64,000 nt of DNA from an uncultured Flavobacteriaceae bacterium (GTDB lineage: Bacteria; Bacteroidota; Bacteroidia; Flavobacteriales; Flavobacteriaceae), in the NCBI GenBank assembly GCA_938073895.1, contig CALJFB010000004.1, positions 23,534-87,533 on the forward strand. The letters are read 5' to 3'. The notes under the pieces are model-generated. The model had not been told where the DNA came from and did not search any database. It saw only the letters and a list, made by a program, of their open reading frames with translations. Positions 29,703 through 38,120 of the stretch are shown one piece after another. How positions within the stretch are numbered: the stretch's first letter is position 1; each line of letters begins with the position of its first letter. A program made the position numbers and the translations under genes.

Positions 29703-30596
29703 ATGAAAGCATATATATTTCCAGGTCAAGGCGCACAATTTTCAGGAATGGGTTTAGACTTATACGAAAACGCTCCAAAAGCACAAGAATTATTCGAAAA
29801 AGCTAACGAAATTTTAGGTTTTAACATTACCGACATTATGTTTGAAGGTACTGCAGAGCAACTTAAAGAAACAAAAGTAACGCAACCTGCTATTTTTTTA
29901 CATTCGGTAATATTAGCAAAAACATTAGGCGAAGATTTTAAACCAGAAATGGTTGCTGGACATTCTTTAGGAGAATTTTCTGCATTAGTTGCTGCTGGTG
30001 CTTTAACGTTTGAGGATGGACTTAAATTAGTTTCTCAGCGTGCTATTGCTATGCAAAAAGCTTGCGAAGCTGCACCAAGTACAATGGCTGCAGTTTTAGG
30101 ATTAGACGATGACATTGTTGAAAAAATATGTGGTACTACAAATGGCGTTGTTGTTCCTGCAAATTATAACTGTCCAGGACAATTAGTAATCTCTGGAGAA
30201 ATTGAGGCAATTAATAAAGCTTGCGAAGCAATGAAAGAAGAAGGCGCAAGACGTGCTTTAGTATTACCAGTTGGTGGCGCATTTCATTCTCCAATGATGG
30301 AACCTGCACGCGAAGAATTAGCTGCAGCAATAGAAAACACAACATTTAGTAAACCAAATTGCCCAATATACCAAAACGTAACTGCAACAGCTATTACAGA
30401 CGAGAAAGAGATTAAAGCTAATTTAATTTCTCAATTAACAGCACCTGTTAGATGGACACAATCTGTACAACAAATGATTGCAGATGGCGCAACATTATTT
30501 ACAGAAGTTGGACCAGGAAAAGTATTACAAGGTTTAGTTAAAAAAATAAATCGTTCTGCAGAAACTGCATCTGCTACTTTTACAACTCAAGCATAA
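29703..30596 (+). CDS. fabD: Malonyl-CoA:ACP transacylase
   Basis: 297 aa; FPGQGAQ, TQPAI, GHSLGEFSAL, ANYNCPGQLVISG, GAFHS. Confidence 0.96.
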   Translation: MKAYIFPGQGAQFSGMGLDLYENAPKAQELFEKANEILGFNITDIMFEGTAEQLKETKVTQPAIFLHSVILAKTLGEDFKPEMVAGHSLGEFSALVAAGALTFEDGLKLVSQRAIAMQKACEAAPSTMAAVLGLDDDIVEKICGTTNGVVVPANYNCPGQLVISGEIEAINKACEAMKEEGARRALVLPVGGAFHSPMMEPAREELAAAIENTTFSKPNCPIYQNVTATAITDEKEIKANLISQLTAPVRWTQSVQQMIADGATLFTEVGPGKVLQGLVKKINRSAETASATFTTQA

Positions 30597-30597
30597 T

Positions 30598-31098
30598 ATG
30601 TCTAAACGTACCATTTATATACTTTTGCTTATTATATTTAATATTGCTATAGATCAAATTAGTAAAGCTATTGCAAGAGTAAATCTAGCTCCTTACGAGG
30701 AAATAAATATTTTAGGCTCATATTTTACACTTAACAATGTTGAAAACAAAGGCGCATTTTTAGGTTTAGGCAGCGATTTTAATCCTACACTAAAACTTAT
30801 TTTACTTTTAGTTTTACCTGTAGTTGTTTTAGGGTTTGTACTTAGAATGGTACTAACAGATAAAACTTTAGATAAAATTTCTATACTTGGTTTTACCGCT
30901 ATTATTGGTGGAGGAATTGCTAATGTTTACGATAGAATCTTATATGGATCTGTAACAGATTTTTTACATATAGATTTAGGTGGCGTTTTTAAAACTGGAA
31001 TTTTTAACGTTGCAGATATGTCTGTTATGTTTGGATTAGGTTGTTTATTATGGTCTAATTTTAAAAGTAAAGAGAAAACACAAATAGAAGCTAATTAA
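30598..31098 (+). CDS. lspA: Lipoprotein signal peptidase
   Basis: 166 aa; DQISK, NKGAFLG, GGIANVYDR..YGSVTDF, FNVAD. Confidence 0.93.
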   Translation: MSKRTIYILLLIIFNIAIDQISKAIARVNLAPYEEINILGSYFTLNNVENKGAFLGLGSDFNPTLKLILLLVLPVVVLGFVLRMVLTDKTLDKISILGFTAIIGGGIANVYDRILYGSVTDFLHIDLGGVFKTGIFNVADMSVMFGLGCLLWSNFKSKEKTQIEAN

Positions 31099-31128
31099 TA
31101 ATTTAGCTAAGTACTAAAATATAAAAAC

Positions 31129-31164
31129 AAAAAAATGCGAAAGAATTAACTTTCGCATTTTTTT
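31129..31164. terminator. Bidirectional terminator
   Basis: AAAAAAATGCGAAAG-AATTAA-CTTTCGCATTTTTTT. Confidence 0.88.
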
Positions 31165-31165
31165 G

Positions 31166-31366
31166 TTATGCACTTAATTGGCAGTCGCTACAATCTTTGA
31201 CTTCGCCATAATAAGTTTCTCTGTATTTGTGTAACGTGGCAATAGAAATACCAAGAAACTGCTTTTTTATGTACGTTACTTTTGCTTTAACACGTCCCAT
31301 TTTGGGGGCAAATCTGTTTTCGTATTTTGTGTGTCTTTTTACTTTAATCAATTTCATTTTATTCAA
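31166..31366 (-). CDS. Small basic hypothetical protein with C-terminal CxxC
   Basis: 66 aa; stop abuts the terminator; ...LHKYRETYYGEVKDCSDC recalled as conserved in Flavobacteriaceae (not verified). Confidence 0.65.
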   Translation of the reverse strand: MNKMKLIKVKRHTKYENRFAPKMGRVKAKVTYIKKQFLGISIATLHKYRETYYGEVKDCSDCQLSA

Positions 31367-31580
31367 TTATCATTAGGTTACAAAGGTGTAAATAATTGAA
31401 GTTTCTACCAAAATTTAGATGTTAAAGGTTGTTAAGTCTTTTAATGATGAATTAATACGTTTCATTTTAACAAATAAAAAGATTGATATTTTTAATGGTA
31501 CTTAATACATTGGCAACAATAAAACCAGCAAAAATTGTTATGTTAATTTACAGAAGCTTTTTTATGTTTGAACTAATTAC

Positions 31581-32591
31581 TTATAAACTTTTCTGCCAAT
31601 TCCAAGAAGATAGTAATGCGTCTGCTAAAGTATATTTTGTTTCCCAATCTAAAACTTGTTTTGCTTTAGTAGTATCTGCAAATGCAGTACTAATATCGCC
31701 TTGTCTTTTTGGTACTATTTTGTAGTTTAATATTTGTCCGCTAACGGTTTCGAATGTTTTAATAACTTCTAAAATAGAACTTCCGGTTCCAGTTCCTAAA
31801 TTAACTGTATCGTAAAAAGTAGCTGCTTCTTTTTTTGTTAAAACTTCTAAAGATTTTACGTGTGCTAATGCTAAATCTTCCACATGAATATAATCTCTAA
31901 TACATGTTCCATCTGGTGTTGGATATGTGTCTCCAAAAACTTGAAGTTGTTCTCTTATTCCTGCTGCGGTTTGCGTTATGTATGGCACTAAATTTTGAGG
32001 AACTCCAAGAGGTAATTCGCCAATTTTAGCCGATTTATGTGCGCCAATAGGATTAAAATAACGTAATGCTATGGCTTTAAATTGTTTTGATGATTTGTAG
32101 AGATCTTCTAGAATATCCTCGCCTATTTGTTTAGTGTTTCCGTAGGGTGATTTTGCTTTTAACTTTGGAGAAGATTCTGTAATTGGAAGCTGTTTTAATT
32201 CACCATAAACCGTGCAAGACGAGCTAAATATAAAGTTTTTTATATTGTATGTTTTTACATTTTGAAGTATGTTTACCAAAGAAAACAAGTTGTTTTGGTA
32301 ATATTTTAATGGTTGACTAATACTTTCTCCTACGGCTTTGTAAGCTGCAAAATGTATAATTCCGTCTAAATCTTGATGGGTTTTAAAAAACTGATTTACA
32401 GCTTCTTGATTGGTTAAATCTATATTATGATATTCTGGTTTGGTATTAGTTATAGCTTCTATACCATCTAAAACAAATAATCTACTATTAGATAGGTTAT
32501 CTATTATTACTACTTTATAGCCTTTGTTTTGAAGTTCTACAACTGTGTGAGATCCAATGTAGCCTAATCCGCCTGTAACTAGAATTTTCAT
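31581..32591 (-). CDS. galE: UDP-glucose 4-epimerase
   Basis: Start at 32591 (MKILVTGGLGYIGSH); HFAAYKAVGES, FSSSCTVYG, YGNTK, LRYFNP.GAH, IRDYIHV. Confidence 0.95.
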   Translation of the reverse strand: MKILVTGGLGYIGSHTVVELQNKGYKVVIIDNLSNSRLFVLDGIEAITNTKPEYHNIDLTNQEAVNQFFKTHQDLDGIIHFAAYKAVGESISQPLKYYQNNLFSLVNILQNVKTYNIKNFIFSSSCTVYGELKQLPITESSPKLKAKSPYGNTKQIGEDILEDLYKSSKQFKAIALRYFNPIGAHKSAKIGELPLGVPQNLVPYITQTAAGIREQLQVFGDTYPTPDGTCIRDYIHVEDLALAHVKSLEVLTKKEAATFYDTVNLGTGTGSSILEVIKTFETVSGQILNYKIVPKRQGDISTAFADTTKAKQVLDWETKYTLADALLSSWNWQKSL

Positions 32592-32605
32592 AAAGGTGTT
32601 GCTTT

Positions 32606-32792
32606 GCGTTAAGGATTGAAATGGCATCCTTTTTTTTATTTTACAACTTATTAGCTTTTAGAAAGCAATAAAGTGCTAAACAATAAATATGCTAGATTAA
32701 TTTCTGCATAAAAAAAAAGATATAATGTAAAGCCTGACCATTTGCTATGCTGCAAGGTTTTTTCCTTGTAAGCTTAGCAAATGGAAACGCCC
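32606..32792 (-). ncRNA. Flavo-1-like structured RNA/repeat element, copy 2 (expanded)
   Basis: Minus strand GGGCGTT...AACGC closing stem; hairpin CCATTTGCTA/TAGCAAATGG; core GCTTT...ATCT9...A8GGATGCC...CAATCC; family label from memory. Confidence 0.6.
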
Positions 32793-32796
32793 AAAA

Positions 32797-33951
32797 TTAT
32801 CTGTTAATAAATTCTTTTACGGTTTCTGTAATGAATTTTATTTGATCGTCTTCTAATTCGGTGTGCATTGGTAACGAAATTACTTCTTTTATAAGTTGAT
32901 TGGTTACTGGAAAATCTGCTTCGTTATAACGTGCATCTTTATAGGCTTTTTGCGAGTGTAATGGAATTGGATAATACACGCCACATGGAATATTATTGGC
33001 ATTTAAATGCTGTACCAATGCATCTCTATCTACGTTTGTAACTTTTAATGTGTATTGATGAAACACATGGCAGTCGCAAGTTTCGCAAATACCTGCACAA
33101 CCATTTATGGTTTTTGGTGTGGTAATTTTAGTTTCGTTTTTAAACGCATCGTTATACTTTTTGGCTGCGTTTCTACGTGCTTTATTATACGTGTCTAAAA
33201 GCGGTAATTTTGTGTTTAATACTGCTGCTTGTATAGAATCTAAGCGCGAGTTTACACCAACAACATCGTGGTGATAACGCTCGTACATGCCGTGGTTTAC
33301 AATACCTCTAATGGTATGTGCTAAATTGTCGTCGTTAGTAAAAATTGCTCCGCCATCTCCATAACAACCTAAATTTTTAGAAGGAAAAAAAGATGTTGAT
33401 GCTACGTGACCAATTGTTCCTGACTTAGCTTTTGTGCCGTCTTTATAGGTGTAATTTGCCCCAATACCTTGCGCATTATCTTCTATTACAAATAAATTAT
33501 GCGCTTTTGCAAGCTCCATTATAGCTTCCATATTTGCACATTGTCCAAATAAATGTACCGGTACAATTGCCTTTGTTTTTGGTGTAATAGCTTTTTTAAT
33601 AGCATCTATGTTAATGTTAAAATCGTCTGGATTAACATCTACCAAAACTGGCGTAAGGTTTAACAAAGCAATAACTTCTACGGTTGCTGCAAAGGTAAAA
33701 TCGGCAGTAATAACTTCGTCTCCAGGTTGTAAACCTAAACCCATCATTGCTATTTGTAACGCATCTGTTCCATTAGCACAAGGAATAACGTGTTTTACAC
33801 CTAAATAGTTTTCAAGATTCTTTTGAAATTCTTTAACTAATGGTCCGTTTATATAGCTTGTTGTATCTAAAACTGATTGAATTTGAGCATCAACCGTTTC
33901 TTTTATTTTATTGTATTGACCTTTAAGGTCTACCATTTGAATTTTCTTCAT
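32797..33951 (-). CDS. DegT/DnrJ/EryC1/StrS family PLP-dependent sugar aminotransferase
   Basis: 384 aa; CANGTDAL, IVPVHLFGQ, IEDNAQ, SFFPSKNLG.YGDGG, NSRLD.IQAA. Confidence 0.93.
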   Translation of the reverse strand: MKKIQMVDLKGQYNKIKETVDAQIQSVLDTTSYINGPLVKEFQKNLENYLGVKHVIPCANGTDALQIAMMGLGLQPGDEVITADFTFAATVEVIALLNLTPVLVDVNPDDFNINIDAIKKAITPKTKAIVPVHLFGQCANMEAIMELAKAHNLFVIEDNAQGIGANYTYKDGTKAKSGTIGHVASTSFFPSKNLGCYGDGGAIFTNDDNLAHTIRGIVNHGMYERYHHDVVGVNSRLDSIQAAVLNTKLPLLDTYNKARRNAAKKYNDAFKNETKITTPKTINGCAGICETCDCHVFHQYTLKVTNVDRDALVQHLNANNIPCGVYYPIPLHSQKAYKDARYNEADFPVTNQLIKEVISLPMHTELEDDQIKFITETVKEFINR

Positions 33952-34033
33952 AATACAAATTTACAAAAATTTCGTTTAGTTAAAACAACTAAAAAAAGTT
34001 TAAAGATTGGTATTTTAGCATAAACATTTAACA

Positions 34034-35266
34034 ATGCGTTTTATTTACACCATTTTCCTGATAAAAGTTTCTATACTTATACGCTTTTTAGGCCTTTTTA
34101 ATACAAAAATTAAAAAAGGAATAATTGGAAGACAAGAAACTTTTAATAAAATAAATCAAGCAATAAATGCTGAAGATAAAACCATTTGGTTTCATTGTGC
34201 ATCTTTAGGAGAATACGAACAAGGCTTACCTGTTTTTGAAGTTATTAGAGCTCAATATCCAAATTATAAAATACTATTAAGTTTTTTCTCGCCTTCTGGA
34301 TACGATGTTCGTAAGAACACTAAAGTGGCAGATATTGTGGTGTATTTACCTTTAGATACTACTAAAAACGCAAAACGTTTTATTACAAAGTTAAAACCTG
34401 AATTATCTGTATTTGTTAAATATGATATTTGGCCCAATTATTTAAATGAATTACAGAAATTAAATTTAAAAGCTATTTTAATATCTGCAGCTTTTAGACC
34501 AAATCAAATCTATTTTAAATGGTATGGTAGTCTTTTTACAAAAGCATTAAAATCTTTTGATTATATATTTACCCAAAACGAATTAAGTAAAACATTATTA
34601 AATAATAGTAACTATAATAAGGTTACAGTTTCTGGAGATACGCGCTTTGATCGTGTAAGTAACCAGTTAAAAGCCAATAATACTTTAGATTTTATAACTG
34701 AATTTAAAGATAACAAAACAACTTTAGTTTTTGGAAGTTCTTGGCAAGAAGACGAAAACGTTTTTATTGATTTTATAAATAATGCCAACACTAATTTAAA
34801 ATTTATAATTGCACCGCACGAAATAAAAGATGATACTATAAAAAGACTTAAAAGCTCAATAAATAAGAAAACTGTTTTATTTACTAACAAAGAATATAAA
34901 GATTTAAACACGTATAATGTCTTTATTATTGATACAATTGGCTTACTAAGTAAAATATATAGTTATGCAGATATTGCCTACGTTGGTGGCGCAATGGGAA
35001 AAACTGGATTACATAACATACTAGAACCTGCAACATTTGGAATTCCAGTGCTTTTTGGTAAAAACCATAAAAAATTTCCTGAAGCAAAAGCATTGATAGA
35101 ATTTGGTGGTGGATTTGAAATTACATCAAAAGAAAATTTTAAAAAAACAGCAACAAAACTACTAGAAAATAAAGAGATATATCTAAACAGCTCTAAGCTT
35201 TCTAAATCTTTTATTTCTGAACAGAAAGGTGCTACAAAAACGATTACCGAACATTTATTCAAATAA
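34034..35266 (+). CDS. waaA: 3-deoxy-D-manno-octulosonic acid transferase
   Basis: 410 aa; IWFHCASLGE, YLPLD, WPN, GDTRFD, AYVGG, HNILEPA.FGIPV.FG. Confidence 0.93.
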   Translation: MRFIYTIFLIKVSILIRFLGLFNTKIKKGIIGRQETFNKINQAINAEDKTIWFHCASLGEYEQGLPVFEVIRAQYPNYKILLSFFSPSGYDVRKNTKVADIVVYLPLDTTKNAKRFITKLKPELSVFVKYDIWPNYLNELQKLNLKAILISAAFRPNQIYFKWYGSLFTKALKSFDYIFTQNELSKTLLNNSNYNKVTVSGDTRFDRVSNQLKANNTLDFITEFKDNKTTLVFGSSWQEDENVFIDFINNANTNLKFIIAPHEIKDDTIKRLKSSINKKTVLFTNKEYKDLNTYNVFIIDTIGLLSKIYSYADIAYVGGAMGKTGLHNILEPATFGIPVLFGKNHKKFPEAKALIEFGGGFEITSKENFKKTATKLLENKEIYLNSSKLSKSFISEQKGATKTITEHLFK

Positions 35267-35588
35267 GTATTTATTAAATTTTTAGACTGTAAATTATCTT
35301 CTTAGTGCATGTTTTAAAGAAGTCTAAATAATAAAAGCAATCTAGTTTGATGCATTAGTGTTAGACGCTATATACTATTACATCTAATAAAAAGTTAAAC
35401 AAAACGAAAAAAGCTGAAGGAGATAAACACAAAAAAAACCAAACAAATGATTAATTTCTGAATCAGAAAAAAGACAATTATTACTGATGAGTATTTTTTT
35501 TTGAAAAAATTAAAAATTTTTGTAACATTTCTAAAACATCTCACGTATAATAAATGAAGACTTATTAATTTAAAGCCTAAACTTTTAA

Positions 35589-36452
35589 ATGAGACAACTT
35601 AAAATTACCAAACAGGTAACCAATAGAGAAACTGCATCACTAGATAAATATTTACAAGAAATAGGAAAGGTAGATCTTATTACTGCAGACGAAGAGGTAG
35701 AATTAGCTCAACGTATAAAAGCAGGAGACCAAATAGCTTTAGAAAAACTAACTAAAGCAAACCTACGTTTTGTTGTATCTGTTGCAAAACAATACCAAAA
35801 TCAAGGTTTAACCTTACCAGATTTAATTAACGAAGGTAATTTAGGTTTAATTAAAGCTGCTCAACGATTTGACGAAACTCGTGGTTTTAAATTTATATCT
35901 TATGCCGTATGGTGGATTAGACAATCTATTTTACAAGCTTTAGCAGAACAATCTAGAATTGTACGTTTACCCTTAAATAAAATTGGTTCTATTAATAAAA
36001 TTAATAAAACATTTGCTCATTTAGAACAAGCGCACGAACGTCCGCCAAGTGCTGAAGAAATAGCAAAAGAATTAGACATGACTATTAACGATGTTAAGGA
36101 GTCAATGAAAAATTCTGGAAGACACGTAAGTATGGATGCACCTTTAGTTGAAGGTGAAGATTCAAACCTATACGATGTTTTAAATTCTGGTGAGTCTCCA
36201 AATCCAGATAGAGAATTATTACACGAATCTTTACGTACAGAAATTGAACGTGCTTTAGAGACATTAACACCACGTGAAGCAGATGTAATTCGTTTATACT
36301 TTGGCTTAGGAAATCAACATCCAATGACTTTAGAAGAAATTGGTGAAACCTTTGACTTAACACGTGAACGTGTTAGACAAATTAAAGAAAAAGCAATTAG
36401 AAGATTAAAACATACCTCTAGAAGTAAAATTTTAAAAACGTATTTAGGATAA
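35589..36452 (+). CDS. rpoD: RNA polymerase primary sigma factor (short Bacteroidota sigma70 lacking region 1.1)
   Basis: 287 aa; [59 protein letters not shown]. Confidence 0.95.
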   Translation: MRQLKITKQVTNRETASLDKYLQEIGKVDLITADEEVELAQRIKAGDQIALEKLTKANLRFVVSVAKQYQNQGLTLPDLINEGNLGLIKAAQRFDETRGFKFISYAVWWIRQSILQALAEQSRIVRLPLNKIGSINKINKTFAHLEQAHERPPSAEEIAKELDMTINDVKESMKNSGRHVSMDAPLVEGEDSNLYDVLNSGESPNPDRELLHESLRTEIERALETLTPREADVIRLYFGLGNQHPMTLEEIGETFDLTRERVRQIKEKAIRRLKHTSRSKILKTYLG

Positions 36453-36477
36453 TCTTTTCTTTAAATAATTAATTTAG

Positions 36478-36510
36478 AAACCCTTAGTTAACGCTAAGGG
36501 TTTTTATTTT
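36478..36510 (+). terminator. Terminator after rpoD
   Basis: AAACCCTTAG-TTAACG-CTAAGGGTTTTT. Confidence 0.85.
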
Positions 36511-36513
36511 TAA

Positions 36514-36521
36514 TATATTTG
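36514..36521 (+). promoter_or_regulatory. -7 promoter box for rpe
   Basis: TATATTTG-C, 22 nt upstream of ATG. Confidence 0.7.
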
Positions 36522-36543
36522 CTTAACATTAAAAACACTACAA

Positions 36544-37206
36544 ATGGCATCTAAATTAATTGCACCTTCGGTTTTAGCAGCAGACTTTGCTAACCTACAA
36601 AGAGACATTGAAATGATAAACGCTAGTGAAGCAGATTGGTTTCATATAGATATTATGGATGGTGTTTTTGTTCCTAATATATCTTTTGGAATGCCAGTTT
36701 TAAAAGCGATTACTAAACACACTAAGAAAACAGTAGATGTACATTTAATGATTGTAAATCCGGATCAATACATCCAAACATTTGCAGATTTAGGAAGTGA
36801 TATTCTTACAGTACATTACGAAGCTTGCACACATTTAAATAGAACATTACAGGCTATAAAAGCTGCTGGTATGAAAGCTGGTGTAGCATTAAATCCACAT
36901 ACAAACATTAACGTTTTAGAAGATACTATAAACGCTATTGATATGGTTTGCATTATGAGTGTAAATCCTGGCTTTGGAGGGCAAAGTTTTATAGAGAACA
37001 CTTATAATAAAGTCAAACAACTTAAGCATTTAATTACAAAAAAAGGCGCTTCAACATTAATAGAAATTGATGGTGGTGTAACTAACAAAAACGCAAAGCA
37101 ATTAGTAGATGCTGGCGCAGATGTTTTAGTTGCAGGTAGCTATGTTTTTGGTGCAGAAAACCCTACAGAAACTGTAAAAGATCTAAAAGCTTTAGCAAAT
37201 AGTTAA
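36544..37206 (+). CDS. rpe: Ribulose-phosphate 3-epimerase
   Basis: 220 aa; APSVL.ADF, HIDIMDG.FVPN, DVHLM, MSVNPGFGGQ, IDGG, VAGS. Confidence 0.97.
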   Translation: MASKLIAPSVLAADFANLQRDIEMINASEADWFHIDIMDGVFVPNISFGMPVLKAITKHTKKTVDVHLMIVNPDQYIQTFADLGSDILTVHYEACTHLNRTLQAIKAAGMKAGVALNPHTNINVLEDTINAIDMVCIMSVNPGFGGQSFIENTYNKVKQLKHLITKKGASTLIEIDGGVTNKNAKQLVDAGADVLVAGSYVFGAENPTETVKDLKALANS

Positions 37207-38052
37207 TTAATAATTAGCAAAATTAAACTTTAAAAGCTGTTTCACTTTTCTGTAAAGATCTGGGAAATGGCTTTTAAAATTTTCGGGGGTTTCTATAAAA
37301 TTCTCAATTAAAACCGCTAAAAATTCAAATTGATTAGTAAATGCATAATCTCTAAAGTAAGCAGAAGCTATTAACTCTTTTCTTAGCGACTCATTTTTAC
37401 TTAAAAACAATGCTAAATCATTAAAGCTTTTTTTAAAAATTTTGGCGCTGTAATCGTTCTGACTTAAACTATTAAAGTGTATAGCGTGCGTAAACTCGTG
37501 AATACCTAAATTTAAATTATCGTTATCTATTTGGTAACCAGATAAAAAATCTTCCCAAGAAAATACTATAGCTTTTAAGTTAGGGTTAAACTCTCCTTTG
37601 TGATTATTATTATTTATTGTTGAGTAGAAAGCCTTTGGGTAAATAATTATAAGATCTATTACTTTAATTAAGTAATTCTTCATACCAAACGTAAGCATAA
37701 TTGCAGTTGCAGAAATTAACAACTTTACATTTTTTGTTACCTCAAAATCCTGCCTACCTATAAACTGTTTTTCTTTTAAGAAAACGGCAACTCTATGCTC
37801 AAAATTACGCTTACTTTTTGGGTTTAAATTCTTATAAAATTTAAAATGAATGGATAAGTAGTTCTTATCAGATTCTGGTAACTTCTTTTTTACGGGATAA
37901 AAATGAACGAGCATTGATTTATTAAAAAATCTATAATATAATCTTTGGGAGAGTTTATACATTAAAAACAAGAACACAAAAAAAAGAAACACATTAAAAA
38001 ACGTGTAAAATGTTTTGTTTTCAATTACTAATAAAGATGTAAATAATATCAT
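37207..38052 (-). CDS. Zinc-dependent peptidase, M90/MtfA family
   Basis: HEFTH zincin motif, GEFNP, FSWEDF, RDYAFTNQFEFLAV..E.F.E.P; start uncertain (ATG 38052 or TTG 38061). Confidence 0.85.
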   Translation of the reverse strand: MILFTSLLVIENKTFYTFFNVFLFFVFLFLMYKLSQRLYYRFFNKSMLVHFYPVKKKLPESDKNYLSIHFKFYKNLNPKSKRNFEHRVAVFLKEKQFIGRQDFEVTKNVKLLISATAIMLTFGMKNYLIKVIDLIIIYPKAFYSTINNNNHKGEFNPNLKAIVFSWEDFLSGYQIDNDNLNLGIHEFTHAIHFNSLSQNDYSAKIFKKSFNDLALFLSKNESLRKELIASAYFRDYAFTNQFEFLAVLIENFIETPENFKSHFPDLYRKVKQLLKFNFANY

Positions 38053-38067
38053 ATAGAACAAAAAAAT

Positions 38068-38102
38068 AAAAAAGCCTAAAACTATTGTTATAGGCTTTTT
38101 TT
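38068..38102 (-). terminator. Terminator after the O-antigen-ligase-like gene
   Basis: AAAAAAGCCTA...TAGGCTTTTTT. Confidence 0.7.
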
Positions 38103-38120
38103 AAATAATAAAACGATTAA

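Noticed and set aside
32592-32627. N-terminal extension of galE (MPFQSLTQSNTF) in the ORF track
   Set aside because: The ATG lies inside the Flavo-1-like element; the family start MKILVTGG is at 32591.
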